Shown here: positions 25,033 through 39,327 of the stretch, piece after piece
Numbering within the stretch: the stretch's first letter is position 1
Layout: each line of letters starts with the position of its first letter
Source of the DNA: Eledone cirrhosa
Lineage: Eukaryota
Direction of reading: 5' to 3'
NCBI GenBank assembly: GCA_964016885.1
Contig: OZ024740.1
Span: 69,750,001-69,814,000 of the forward strand
Length of the DNA stretch: 64,000 nucleotides
The notes under the pieces: model-generated
The model's database searches: none
What the model was told of the DNA's origin: nothing
Seen by the model: the letters and a program-made list of their open reading frames with translations, nothing else
Translations under genes and position numbers: made by a program

Positions 25033-25262
25033 AAAATAGAAATAACACATTGTATGATATACTTAACATTGGATACTGACAAATACCTAGAGAGGATAGA
25101 CATAGCTGGAATATGTTCGATACATGGTTGATCTAAGGCTAATGAACTAAGCACAACAGCATCAGCAATGGTGAGGGCTTTATTTAATTGCTTAAACTGC
25201 TAAAACTAGTGGCTCAAATCCCATCTTACAGTTTTAGGGAGGTTTTTTAACGGTAAGATAGA

Positions 25263-25437
25263 TAACTGTTTCTACTTTAGGCACAAGGCCAGCAATTACC
25301 CAGTGCATTACTGATACTTTATTTTATCGACCCCGTAAGGATGAAAGGCAAAGTCAACCTCGTCGGGATTTGAACTCAGATCGTAAAGGGACGTAACTAT
25401 GCTGGAAAGCATGGTGTCTGACCCTCTACCGATACTA
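25263..25437 (-). mobile_element. tRNA-SINE (Meta-like)
   Basis: Reverse complement of the family consensus; TSD-like TAAGATAGATAAC / TAAGATTGATAAC. Confidence 0.85.
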
Positions 25438-26219
25438 AGATTGATAACGTGTTTGTGTTCTCTCCATATAGGAAATGGTGAGGATTGTCACGGCTAAAAT
25501 TCTTTTCATCAAATTTCTGCTCGATCATAACTGACCTAGAGCTAAATAACAATAATATGATGAGCCAATGAGCGAGCTTTTATGAAGTATCTTGCTCTGT
25601 TATAATTAGGAGCCGAATTTCCTTCAACCACAACTACACATTGGATAATGTAGTGGTGGCTTATTTGTATAGCAATAACATCCAGATGACCTAATGTTAA
25701 ACAAGAACACTCACTAAAGAAAACAACATAAAAAAGTGAACTAGATACGATAATACGATTGCTTCCATGAAGTTGATAAACTACAGGAAAACTTTAGACT
25801 GTAACAATGGTACGAGTTATTTCGTAATGGAACCATGAATCCACTTTCTAAAACTATGGAAACCATAGTTATATTTGACAAACATTTCCAACTATAATTA
25901 TTTGAACTGAACATAAAATAGAACAAAAATATGTTAGAGAGAATTTATTCACCTGAAAGGAAGAGCATTTTTGTTATTAAATGTTATTGGAATATCTTAA
26001 GAAATGCTGGGGTTCATCAGAGCCCATTTTTGGATAACACTTCTCTCACCATATCTTTCTGAATTGAAGTACTCTATATTTGCGATTTGAAAATCCTTCT
26101 AATTTGCAAACAATGCTTTCTCATTACCATATATAAATAGATTTAATACTGTATTTCAAAATTACACTAATGAGATCAAATAATAACAATATATATATAT
26201 ATAAACTTGAAATATATTC

Positions 26220-27580
26220 TCAGGCGATGGCTTGACAGTATCTGTAAAAGTTTGTACAAAATGCCTCGCAGAATATTTTATGTTTCTTAACAATCTGAGT
26301 ACAAATCTTACCGATGTTAACTTTGCCTTTCAGCTTTCCGCGGCCGATGAAATAAGCTACCAATCAAATGCTGAAGCTGGTTTGATTGACATTCTTCCGC
26401 CGAAATTGTTTTTCTTTTGTGGAAATTAGAAATCTTATTATTAATAGATGGATTAGGGCGGTGAATTGGCAGTATCGGTAGAGGGTCGGACGCCATGCTT
26501 TGACGCATAGAGTTACGGCCCTTGCAGTTCTGAGTTCAAATCCCGCTGAGGTCAATTTTGCCTTTCATCCTTACGGGGTCGATAAAATAAAGTACCAGTA
26601 ATGTACTGGGTAATTGCTTGTCTTGTGCCAATAGTAGAAACAATTATTATTAATAGATGGATGAGGGCGGTGGATTGGCAGCATCGGTAGAGCTTCGAAC
26701 ACCATGCTTTGCAGCATAGAGTTACGGCTCTTTATGATCTGAGTTCAAATCCCGCCGAGGTTAACTTTGCCTTTCGTCCTTACAGAGTCGATAAAATAAA
26801 GTACCAGTAACGTACTGGGACGATTTAATCGACTTTCCCCTCCCCCCAATTTACTGGCCTTGTGCTTATAGAAGAAACAATTATTATTAATAGATGGATG
26901 AGTGCGGTAGATTGGCATCATCGGTAGAGCTTCGAACACCATACTTTTCAGAATAGAGTTACGTCCCTTTACAATCTGATTTCAAATCTTGCCGAGGTTT
27001 GGTTTGTCTTTCATTCTTACGGGGGCGATAAAATAAAGCATCATTAATGCACTGGGTCGATACTAATCAACTTTCTCCTCCCCAAAATTGATAGCCTTGT
27101 GCCTATAGTAGAAATCATTATTAATAGATGGTGGGTTGACAGAATCGTTAGAGCATCAGATAAATGCGTAGTATTACTTGCTTCGGCTCTTTACGTTTTG
27201 AGTTTAAATCTCACCGAGGTCAACTTTGTCTTTCGTCTGTTCTGGGTCGACAAATTAAAATATCAGTCAAGTACCGGTATCGATTTAATAGAATTTCCCC
27301 CAACTGTCGCCGAGATTATTGGCTTTGTGCTGAAATTAGAAACCCTTATTGTTTTGTTTTAGTTCCAGCTCTTTAACATACTGAGTTCAAATCTCACCGA
27401 GTTTAGCTTTGCTTTTCATTCTTACGAGGTCGATAAAATTAAAGTAGCACCGGGTTCAATTTAATCGACTTTCCCTCATTCGACCATAATTGTTAGCCCT
27501 GTGCCTAAAATAGAAACAATTATTACATGGAATCGTTTTGCTTTTGTTCCATCTCTTAACGTTCTGAGTTCAAATCCATC
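26220..27580 (+). mobile_element. Tandem array of about six tRNA-SINE copies of different ages
   Basis: Well-preserved copies start near 26457, 26666 and 26905; more decayed ones near 26220, 27130 and 27370; linker TTATTAATAGATGG recurs four times. Confidence 0.85.
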
Positions 27581-28807
27581 CTGTAATATATCTGTCCGGA
27601 GTCTATAAAGCAAACTACCGCCAATTTAATAGAATTAAATTGGAGTTAATTTAATAGAATTTAATAGAATTAAATTGGGGTCAATTTAATAGAATGACTC
27701 TTCTTTCTAAATGTCCCATCTGGAGCTTAGTTTAGATGAAATGTAATGTTAAAAAGTACAAAGAAATAAATATGAAACAGATTTAAAATAGTTCAACAGA
27801 AAGAATAAAATTTGATTAATTTTGGTGAATTACAAATGCTCCACAAGTTTAAAATAAAAACAAGCGAAGTAGTAGAATTACCAAAGAACAAGAAACGAAT
27901 CGAAAGCGTCACGAATAATCAATCGAAACTGGATCAATCGGAATATTAAAACAAGTTCAATTGATAGAATAATTGGAACGTCTATCAAAATGCCTGACGG
28001 TATTTAGACACATCCCTTTTCGTACTCTGTTCACATCTCACGGTGGTCCATTCTTCTTTTTATCATTTTGGGGTCGATAAAATAATGTGACAGTCAAGTA
28101 TTTTAGTTGACTTAATCGACTATTAGTTCCATCGAATTTATGATCTTGTTCTCGTGCTAGTTGCTGACCAAAATGGGGAAACATTCCAAAGAGAGCATTA
28201 ACCGAATAATTACCGAATCGGATAAAATTCCATTAGGTATTTAGTTGCAACATGTGTTAAAATTATGAGCAGGTCAAATTTGCATTTCGTCCTTCCGGGG
28301 TCGATACAAATCGTTCAACGTAGCAGATATAATTAACTATACACTTTCAATCAATGAGTGTTCTTATATAAGTGTTGGGAATCAGTATTAGAATATGCTG
28401 TTGTTGGTTGTGGTGGTTTATGTTGACCTTGGTGAACCATTATTATGTGGAGAAAACCTATGACGAAGGCATTTAAGCTGTAACTATATTTGTTTACTTT
28501 ATATTACATTGCAAATGGTGAACAGCGGTATTGTTGGTTACATGTTTCGAAATGAACTAAGTGGTTTACTCCATTTCTCATGACGAGAATGACAGATTTG
28601 TAACTCGATGCCGAACGAATACTCATTTTTATGTATTAAAATTACACACCATTAAATTACGCTTCTGCGAGAAACTACATGACATGCATGCTAACAATCC
28701 ACCGTAGAAGCTTCTATGTACATAGTCTCTCGACCTGCTAGAAATAGCAGCCAAATCTCCATTAAATCATACTCTGCTTTCTTTAACAAATGTGTTGGTA
28801 TATTAAA

Positions 28808-28994
28808 TAATTGTTTCTACTTTTGGCACAAGGCTAGCAATTACCCAGTACATTACTGGTACTTTATTTTATCGACCCCGTAAGGATGAAAGGCAAAGTT
28901 AGCCTCGGCTGGATTTGAACTGAGCTCGTAAAGGGACGTAACTATGCTGGAAAGCATGTCCGACCCTCTACCGATACTGCCAATTTACCGCCCT
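28808..28994 (-). mobile_element. tRNA-SINE (Meta-like)
   Basis: Family consensus on the minus strand; TSD TTGGTATAT(T/C)AAATAAT. Confidence 0.85.
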
Positions 28995-29256
28995 TGGTAT
29001 ATCAAATAATGGAATCATATGTTACCCGAAAATGAACTGATGGCGGTCACAGAATAACATTGATTCTATGTGCGCTTGGATGGTATTGATTTGGAATTAA
29101 GTAACGACAACACAACACGAACAAAAATACTGTACAGAAACTATTTTTGTTCAATATAACCAGATGACTATTTTGTAAAGTACTTTCAAACTTGGTGCCA
29201 GAAATATCACTACCACTCTGTCCTATAAACTGGTATACAGGGTATCTAAAAATAAT

Positions 29257-29434
29257 TGTTTCTACTTTAGGCACAAGGCCAGCAATTACCCAGTGCATTA
29301 CTGGTACTTTATTTTATCGACCCCCGTAAGGATGAAAGGCAAAGTCAACCTCGGCGGGATTTGAACTCAGATCGTAAAGGGACGTAACTATGCTAGAAAG
29401 CATGGCGTCCGATCCTCTACCGATACTGCCAATC
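29257..29434 (-). mobile_element. tRNA-SINE inserted in the left TIR of the mariner
   Basis: 19-bp TSD CAGGGTATCTAAAAATAAT at 29238-29256 and 29435-29453. Confidence 0.9.
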
Positions 29435-30444
29435 CAGGGTATCTAAAAATAATGGCAGATACAATGTCTATAAAGACAAGACCTCAATGGGAGCTGCAGT
29501 ACAGCATGGGATTTACTGTGTGAAACACTACTATAATTGTGGCTCCTACAAACAGGTCAAGGAGCAATTTAATGTATTTCTTAACTTCTCTTTAAAGCCA
29601 ATATACAAGACTAGGTAAAGAAGTTTGTGACCTATGGGACAGTGGAGAACCAGAACCACAATAATATGTCTGAGGTCCGTCCTGACTCCTCTGGACGACC
29701 CAGGAAGTATACAGTAAGTTATTGACATGGTCCGAGAGTCTGCTGAACATAGCCTAAAATGATCGCTGCGCAGGAGAAGCCAATCCTTTAGTCCCTCCAC
29801 AAAAACCTGCTGAAGATTTGTCAAAGAAGATATTAAGAAGTACCCCTACAGAATACAGACTAAACAAAAGCTTATTGTTGCTGATAAAACCACGAGAAAG
29901 GCTGTGGCTGAGAAAATTGTGGGGAAGATGGAAGACAAATCATATTTTCTAAATCTACTGTGGACCTTCTATGAAACCCACCATCACTTAAATCGGAAAG
30001 CAAATTCTATGAACATTGTCTTTGGGGTCGGAAAAACTCACTGTAGGGGCAGTAAAACCGCTCCACTCGGCTAAATGTATTACCTGAGAAAGGGTTGATT
30101 GGCCCATTCTTCTACAAAGAAAATGGTGTCACAACTACAGTCGATATGGAACTCTATATGAAGGCCCTGAACGAAGTCAGCAAGTAGCTACAGACGATTT
30201 ATCCATCACCGATGAATATGTCCTGGTTCTAGCAAGCTCTCACACCTCTAATGAGTCGCAAGAATGGCTGAAACATAATTTTGTAAATCGTGTCGTCAGT
30301 TTGAAGACTGATTTTCAATGGGCCCCACACAATCCTCATTTAAGCTGCCGATATGTTTTTCTTTGGGGCTATCTTAAATATGGGTTATATGTCAACGACC
30401 CCAATACCATCACTAAGTCTAAGTCTGTCTTAAGCCAGAAGGCT

Positions 30445-30669
30445 CGTTACGCCGGTTCTTACTCTGGTTTCATGGCGTGAAGTGACTTAGAATACAAACT
30501 CCCCTTGGACAGGACGCCAGTCCATCGCAGGGTTTAACCCCCAGTTATTGCTGGTACTCATTTTCAGCTGAGTATACTAGAGCAACATGAAACCCAGCCC
30601 AGGTATCGAACTCACGACATTATGTTTGTAAATCAAACATATTTACCACTAGGTCATGCGCCTCCACAC
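30445..30669 (-). mobile_element. Second tRNA-SINE family (CORE-type) nested in the mariner
   Basis: Minus strand has B box GAGTTCGATACC and CCCTGCGATGGACTGGCGTCCTGTCCAAGGGGA; related to 37405-37652. Confidence 0.7.
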
Positions 30670-31647
30670 CAAATCAGGTGCCAGGCCCATTCGGAGCCGG
30701 CAGCAATCGACAGTGTTCTTCGGCCCGAGAGTCGGATTGCTTAGGAACCCCCACTAAACTAAAGGAAAATTTCAGGGAGAAGATTAGAGCCTGTTTGTAA
30801 AGACATTATGCTAAACTTCAGGTCTGTTTGTAAAGACATTTTGCTAAACTTCCCCATGTCCCTTCAGAAATGTAAGAATTCTAATGGAAATCACTTGGAG
30901 GATGTGCTCTCAACTCTCGACAAAAACACCAGAAGATAGTAAACGTTTTACATGGTTTGAGCTAAATATATTCGGAATTTCATTAGTTGATGTTAATAAA
31001 TGAACAATGTCGACGAAAATAAATATGAAGCCATTTTTCTTTTTTTTAGTCACTCTGTATATATTTTTTATATACAGAATCTTCAGGATTTCTTTTTCAA
31101 ATTTATCTTCTGTAGATAAAAATACTGATCCCCAATCCACAAACATTGTTTTATGATTGGAATTGTTTGTTTGTTTTTATGTATTTGTACATGTAAATAT
31201 ATTTGTATTTATACATGCGTGTGTCTACGCTTGTTATATGCTGATCTTTTCTCTGTACGCTTGCATGTATGTATATATGTATCTGCGTTTGCATGTATGT
31301 CTGTATGTATGCATGTATATGCACTCAAATGTATGTTCCCAGCTAAGCATGCATGGCATTGTGGATGTGAATCTACATATTTTGATTTATGTATGTGCAC
31401 ACGTACATATGTTTGTATATCTATATGTATGTATATGTATAAATTACAGGTTAAATTTCTGGAAAGTTTTGTGTAGCTTTTACAATATAGATATAGCATA
31501 TCTGTATATAAATGCAGCTTTATTTGTATGTTTGTATGTATGAATGTACATTTGCATATATATATATATATATATATGAATAAAATTAGTCCGTCGTGAG
31601 TGATCTTCCAACCGTCATTGGTATGTCTTCGCATTAAAGATCATATA

Positions 31648-32041
31648 CCTGTCTGGTGCGAGCAATAACTAAAAAAAGTTATTGGGACACGTAAAATGGG
31701 GTGAAGCGAGCGAGACATGTAAACAAACAGAGATGGTAATGCAACGGAAAGAGAGGAAGTGAGAGAGGGGGAGTACAGCTACCCCCCCCCCCTCCCTCTC
31801 ACTTCCTCCCGTTTGACCTGTGTGAAATCCTTTTCTCGCTACATCTCACTCAGCTCGGACGGTCTTTATCTCTCCTCGTCTATGATTTGATCGAACTTAA
31901 GTTCACAGATATCACGGACTTGTTTCTCCTCTTCCTCTCTTTCCGTTGCATTACCATCTCTGTTTGTTTACATGTCTTACTCGCTTCACCCCATTTTACG
32001 TGTCCCAATAACTTTTTTTAGTTATTGCTCGCACCAGCCAG

Positions 32042-32044
<3 letters not shown>
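31648..32044. mobile_element. MITE (non-autonomous DNA transposon) with ~110-bp TIRs, flanked by TA
   Basis: CTGGTGCGAGCAATAACTAAAAAAAGTTATTGGGACACG...GGAAAGAGAGGAAG is mirrored at about 31931-32044. Confidence 0.85.
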
Positions 32045-32095
<51 letters not shown>

Positions 32096-33716
32096 GGGGG
32101 AGGGGTGTCTCTCTGAGTGTAATCAGATTCTATTTAATGCTGCATGTGTGTGTATACATAATGTGTATTAATTTGACGAGATATTTACTAAATCCTCACA
32201 AAATTCTCAAAATATCAATCTAAATTTTTTCTCTTCATACATAAATTGTAGACCCAGTTTGTGGTTTACCACTTAGCATACGATTCACATAGAATTCAAC
32301 CATTTAATTTGATAAACCAATCAGGTAGAGATTAATCGAATGCACCTGACACTACTTTCAGTTTTAATAATATTTACTATAATGTTTGTATAATTTGCTT
32401 GAGGAAGCATAAGTCATTATGTTCTGGCCCGAAGACTGTTAGGTTCCTTTAACACAATGACCAAACAATTCTGTTGACAGGAAAATTGTAAGATAATCTA
32501 ATTTTTCCATTATTCATCTTGCAGCAATTCGTCATAAGTTAAACGATTTCACGTCTGGGAAGTTTAAATTGTTGCCAGCTTTTATAAATGTAAATTTCCC
32601 GACACCCTTTACATAAACATAATATGACAGTTATATATATATTTATAATCTTGGTATCTATTTATTTATAGTATATAAGGTCAAATCTGAAATCAGCGGT
32701 GCTCTAAAGTTTGGCCATAATCACTTCATAGGAGGGTTCCTGGAAACATTTGATGAGTTCAATTAAAATATGGAAAATAAGCTATTTCGAACATTTGTCC
32801 TTCGTCATGAATTGTAAACGATAAGGTAATTTAGGATTCATTATCCAAGTTTTGACATCAATTTCTCTCTCCTCCTTACTCTCAAAAAAGACCTGATGTA
32901 TTTATTTCCTACAACAATCGAATATTTCGAAATATCTTAAACACTCTTCCGTGTATTTATAGCCCTGGCTGACAAACATAGTTCAATAACAAACATTTTC
33001 AAAGAGCTACTAGGTCGGCCACTCATTCGTGTCGTCTAGGTGTCGTCAGTTCTATTCATTAATTATGCCCTGCTGATTAGTTTCACTACATTTGAAAGGC
33101 ATATGTCAACCCGCCCTATTATGTTCCACCTCTCTGCGCTTCGAATTAAAGCCCAGCCAAATTCAACGTTGAATTTTGTTCTTTTGAGGAGATAAAATAC
33201 TGTACCAGACAGAGTTGCTAATCGACTGAATTTTGAATCTATTGAACGAGATGCCTTATAACATGTTTTCCGTCTCTTTGCAATCTGAATCAAAATCCTA
33301 CCGTGACACCACAAATTGATCCTTGGTTGCAATTAGCAGAATTTAAGTATTCATTCCAGTTCTTTGGTTTGGGGATACCTTCCTCTAGGACAACTAGTCA
33401 CAAATATTCTGAAAAAGAGTCATGTCTGACTAAACATTAAAGATGTATTTTTACGTACACGAAAAATTCACAATAAATGATAACCAGATTTATTAACGGG
33501 AACGATACATTAAATAATGTGTACTTAAAAATACATTACAACTGATTAAAAAAGGGTGGTCACATCTGGAATTAATTTGATCAGAGTTGCCGAGGAGCTA
33601 ACCAAAATTAACAATAACTAGCTGGCATCGTGGTGATTCCACGATTTAATTGGAAACAATCACCAAGTATTAAAGGTCTTGTTCAAATGTTTCATATTGT
33701 ATGTGTGTGTGTATAT

Positions 33717-33881
33717 ATATTCATTTTATTAAGGCCAAATAGTGACTCTTGTTAATCTGGAGTTTCATCTGTTTATCATAGTGTCATCAGACAAGACAAG
33801 TCCTTGTCTGATGACACTATGATAAACAAGCGAAACTCCGGAATAACAGGACTCACTATTTAGCCTTAATAAAATGAATAT
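33717..33881. repeat. Imperfect palindrome made of two divergent hammerhead-like pseudo-LTR fragments
   Basis: Arms of ~80 bp; plus strand CTTGT CTGATGA ... GAAA CTCCGGAA TA ACAGG, mirrored on the minus strand. Confidence 0.7.
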
Positions 33882-33931
33882 TAAAACTCTACTCCTGTAT
33901 TTAGTACTCTTCTCTCGTCAACCACATACGG

Positions 33932-33983
<52 letters not shown>

Positions 33984-34339
33984 CAATTTCCGTAGATGTG
34001 GAAAATCAAAACAGTGCTCAATGGGGAACAGAGCAGAAATATTATTTACTTATGTTCATACACGGAACAAAGGCGTTATTTGTGAAACCACAGCCGTCAA
34101 AATGGTGATGTGTGTGGGATTTGTCGTCCCCTTTTTTCTTTTCTCCTTTCTTCCTATCACTTCTGCGGGGCAACATACTTCTAGCCTCCGATTTCTATCC
34201 TTTGACTTTGAGGTAAATTTTACCTGACGCTGTTATTGACGGCATTTTGCTGATTTAACAGCTTCCTTGCCTTGAGTTCTTCTCATTATTCTACAAATTC
34301 TAATACACTCGCGCTTCAAACTCGATATTCTAGATAACG

Positions 34340-34388
<49 letters not shown>

Positions 34389-37300
34389 CGTCTGCGTCTG
34401 CGTCTGTGTATGTGTCTGTGTACAAAAATAATGTAATAATTCAGGGTTTGAAAAGTGTTTTTCACCGTTGCTGCTAAAAGCACCACAACAACAACCTTAC
34501 TCTCTCTCTCTCGCTCTCTCTCCTTCCCTTTCCAACCCATATACATCATGTATTATGTCACCAACTTCCCAGAATGACTGACTATTTACACGAAATATAC
34601 AGCATTTTTAATGTAAAATAAGTTAAAAATAGCTGTCAGGATTAGATCACTGATTATGTAGGAATGCTTGCAGGATGGGATTGACGTCCTATAATAAAAA
34701 AAAATATTTATTCATATTGAATTGGATCGCTGTATTAACTTAAATATATGTGTGAAATCAATATTAACATAAATAATGTAGCTCGATACTCTAGGTAGAA
34801 TAGAGGCGTGGGTGTGCTTCAATATATATAATTACTAGTTGATTTGTAATTTCTCTATTAGTAAAAGCTCGAGCCGAATAATGATATATGTGCATGGAAA
34901 CTGTATCGACGCTCATCAGCAAACGTCTTTATATGGAAACTATTTTAAATAAAAGATACCTCCCTGAGTGTAGTGCTTCGAGGAACGTCAGCGATATATA
35001 CCATTAAGATATTGTGTGCGTTGGTGTCAGGAGGAATATTCAACTGTTAGGAAAAATTCCCCAATTAGTTTCGTCTAATGCATAAGAGCATGGAAAATTG
35101 GACGTCAATACGGACCCGTTTCAAAGTGCCACAGAATACAACTGTTCCTTACTATTCCATCTTTCATCTTCAGATATAGAGATAGATACGGTCAAATGCT
35201 TATTTAGAAACTCCACCTTAGAATTATTGTGAATAGTCATGTTCCCCGAGAATGATCGGAAACATTCCTTACAATGAGCATCAAAGCCTCTTCACGGGCC
35301 TGCATAAATATGGTGATGATGACACTTTCACCAATAGCCTCAGTGGTACCTTACATAGAGAGATCCGATTACATGCCAAAATAACTGACTAATAACGTTT
35401 GCTCTTGACAAAGAGTTAGTCTATCTTACGTTATATACAAAAATGGTTATGGTAGTTATTTTGATAGCTGAATGAACAGTTTTGAATTCTACCCAAATCT
35501 GGGGACTCCATATCCTTCGTAAATCCATGGAGTTTTAATTGAAAAGTTTCTCACAAAGTTGTAGGCCTGGACAAGTTATTCTTTAAGCAAGATCAGCAGT
35601 TTCTTTCTATATGCCAACAAATTTAATTCTTTATCGATTCCGAAAAAAAAGAAAGGCAAAGTTGACTTCGGCGTGACTTGAACTCAGAGCGGAGGAACAA
35701 ATACCACAAATCATTATATCTGGTGCTTTCACGATTCTTTCGCTCCACTACATAAATATGCATTTTGACCATTTTCTGCCCCCTCATCCTTATAAATATA
35801 CAATGGACCATAAAACAATTAAGATTATGGTTTTCGGCGCATAACTATATGATTCGAAAATGAGTTATATTCGACTGATATTATTAAGACACCTTCATTC
35901 TTCTTTTTCTTAATAGTTGAATTAGCCGAAATATATTTATTCGAAGAGGAAAAGTAAGGAGATAAGAGAAAAATTTAGGTCAATTTAAAGATTAGAAAAA
36001 CTTGACTATTTTTACTCCCGAAGAAAGATAAGAATTATAAATCATTTTCAATGGAATCTAATCAAACACAGATTACATTCTCTTCCTAATAAAGAACACA
36101 TAACAGGGAGACGGCCAAGGCATGAAAATTTACATTTGATTTTATGGCAATTACAGACATCTGTAGAATATCATGAAAGTATGAAGTTAACCGCCAACGG
36201 TCATATACAGAACTTCGTTTAAAATAATTATAATAATCTCAAAGTTGGCACAGGGCCATAAATTCATGTTGATGTTGTACTATAGTGTAAGCAAAACATA
36301 TTTATTTCGGCGCCCTCTGTCAAACAGCGAAATACTCATACTGTAATATATTCTATGAATATACCCTACTATTTAAACAAGTTACATTCCATATATAATC
36401 AATCAGGATAATTTCTCATTTAGTCCTATATTCTGGTTTTTACCATAGGAAATATTATAAATCTTACTCCTCCCTTGCAATATATTTGAAATAAAATTCA
36501 CCTAATTTTCCATGCCCTCAATGTTGTCCAAAACAGGGGCTTGTACAGTTTGACCCCATTGTTGTCAGAGTCGAACTTAAAACACAAAAAGCAGGAAAAA
36601 TACTACAACTCCCTATCTTGGACTAGTACTATTTTGAAACCAAAAGGCGAAACTGATTTCGAAATCTGGACGTAAAATTTCAAAACAGGCATTTTGCCCG
36701 ACGCTCTAAATATTCTACCAATTGGATGATGCTTTCTTAGATACATTTTGTCCGACAAAGAACGGGATGGTTACAGAATGCTTTTGATCATAGGTCTGCT
36801 CAAACAGCCCAGCACTTGGACTAAATTAATATCTAATACTGGTGGCTTTTGATTACGAATTCTCAGAGAAAGGACACAGTAAACTGAATCGACAGGAGCG
36901 CATATCTTATATGTTTTTGAAGATCAAAGACAGAAAGAGAAATTTAATCTGACAATGTAGATGACTTGAACTAACAATTGATATCCGTTTAGTGTTGTGC
37001 TTTCCATCTTTTCTGCAACTTTAATAGTAAATTGTCGTTGAAAACATCACGTATATGTAAAATGAATTATAGTCGATGGGTGCGAGTTGTAATAATTTCA
37101 ACATCTGCAGGAATCATCGTCGTCCGAAATATTGCTAGACACTCAAAAGTATTTAAATCTTTAAAATGCTATATTGATGATGGTAATACTAAACCATTGG
37201 TCTAATGGATACCAAAATTAGGGTTAAATCATCAGAATAGCATATTTTCCCCAGGTCAACCCTGGCTGGGTAGATCTATCATCGAACGAATTAGAAACAT

Positions 37301-37404
37301 GAGCATATCTTTTTTTATATTCTGCTATTGTCTATCCAAGAGTAGACCATATTAATTAATTAAAACCAAGTCAAACGTCACTCGAGCCCGGTGCCTCATC
37401 AGGC

Positions 37405-37652
37405 TGTAACTTATGCCGGTTTCCAAGGTGTTAAGCAACTGTGAGTACAAAACTCACCCTAGGACATGTCGCCGCTCCATCGAAGGTTTAAGTCCGCAGT
37501 TACTGCTGGTACTCCTTTTCAGTTGAATATAACGGAGCAACGGGAAATGAAGTGTTTTGCTCAAGTACACAACACACAACCGAGTCCAGGAAACGACCCA
37601 CCACATTATGATAGTAGGTCCAACACACTTACCACAAGACTGCCCGCTTCCA
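37405..37652 (-). mobile_element. CORE-type tRNA-SINE
   Basis: GAAGTGTTTTGCTCAAGTACACAAC resembles the reverse complement of the CORE domain; similar to 30445-30669. Confidence 0.65.
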
Positions 37653-39091
37653 CTATTATTTAACGCGTAATGAAAAACAGCAGGTATATATTTGGTTAGT
37701 ATTCCTAGCGTGTTGAATATTATAGCCCGTAAACTGCCATTCACATTGTTGTTGTCTTGTTTAGCCCTAGATCAAACCTAGGATTAAAGACATTTTAAAG
37801 TACACATACACTCTTATTTTCACATACACTGCGGGTACAACACCGATGTTTGAGCAAGTGATGGACCAACACCTCTTTTTATCAGGATGTAAATTTGGGT
37901 GGCCATATTTATTCCACGTGATCAGGTGGACTAATTCCTCATCTTAGGACATTTCCGTGTGGCATTAGATACATTCTTAAACATTTACATCATCATATTA
38001 TTATACACGAATGGTAGGAAAGTCTTTCAATTACTGTCACTAGCAGAAAAACCACCCTTTGGGTGGTTTATGCTAGCATGTGTAGTGTGTATATTGATAT
38101 TATACGCAAGTATATATGCATGTAGATATAATACATCAAATAAAATCGTAATTGACAATATACACAGAAATTGAACGAAGACTATGTCTTCTGTAATCAG
38201 TAATGTAACCCATGATACATTAAAAAAAGCGATATTATATATAAACTACATTATGAGAAAATTAGTGATGGAAATACATGAATATTTATTTAAGCGATCG
38301 CTAACCGGAAGTGTTGACATTTGAAAATTTTAAAGAAGTGAATCTTAAAATAAACAATAAAATATATTTAATCAACAGTCACGAAATTTAGTAGATAAAT
38401 TATGTAGTATTCATTCATTATTTATTCAAAGTAATCCAACTTATTTTACTAATGAGATAAAAAAAAGTATAAACCGTATGCAGTCCCGCGCTCCTTACTT
38501 TATTATAGTTTAGATATATTTCTAGTGAACTATTATACTGTCCAGCTAAAAGGGATTATCTGATACACGTCAGGAACAACGAGTGCTGAAAAATCGGTAT
38601 TGAACCTTGAAATCTAAAACTACATTATTCAATATATATTTTCCTTTCTTTAAGACAGGAAGATTTCATTTGAAAGAAATCCGGCTGCTTTTTCTGACTC
38701 GTAAACTGCAACTATGAAAAGACATCAGATAGTCACTGACATGATTTGAACGTATACACATTGCGTGGTTCTATCTTTTTTATAGATCCGGTGTTGAAAG
38801 AAATCTTAATTATAACAAAACTAACGCAGTCTCTAGCCAAACTACTATCTCCATTAATGTCCAAACAACAGACTAACCATTAAAATGTATCATATCTTTT
38901 TGTCGCTTCTTTCTCTATTACGGTAACATCCGCTTTTCTGAAATCTCAGACTTCCATCTCAGTCAGATTTTCACCCACTTCCTGCATCTGTTAATCTATT
39001 TCCTGCCATATCTACTCTACCTTTTTTCTCTTTCCTTTCCTTTGTCTGGCCCTTATGATTTTAACAAAAATTTCGTTGTATATCTAGTGAT

Positions 39092-39141
<50 letters not shown>

Positions 39142-39281
39142 ACACACACACACACACATAAATACATACATGTATATATATATATATACGTGTATGTCTG
39201 CGTGCACTTACCTATGTCTTCTAATATTGGTTTTCTTATCGTCATATTTATTCAACTAACCCCCAGTCCAACTATCCGTCT

Positions 39282-39327
<46 letters not shown>

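Larger units (their letters stand above)
29238..31057 (+). mobile_element. Degenerate Tc1/mariner DNA transposon
   Basis: TA|CAGGGTATCTAAAAA at the left end and TTTTTAGTCACTCTG|TA at the right end; decayed transposase motifs YPYRIQ, WTFYETHHHLN (cf. WSDEAHFHL) and WAPHNPHLS...FLWGYLK (cf. WPPRSPDL...FLWGYLK). Confidence 0.8.

Noticed and set aside
25990-26030. CTGATGA on the minus strand as a hammerhead
   Set aside because: No stem II or GAAA partner follows.
24434-29434. tRNA gene cluster
   Set aside because: The A and B boxes belong to SINE heads, which have a shared body, tail and TSDs; no cloverleaf.
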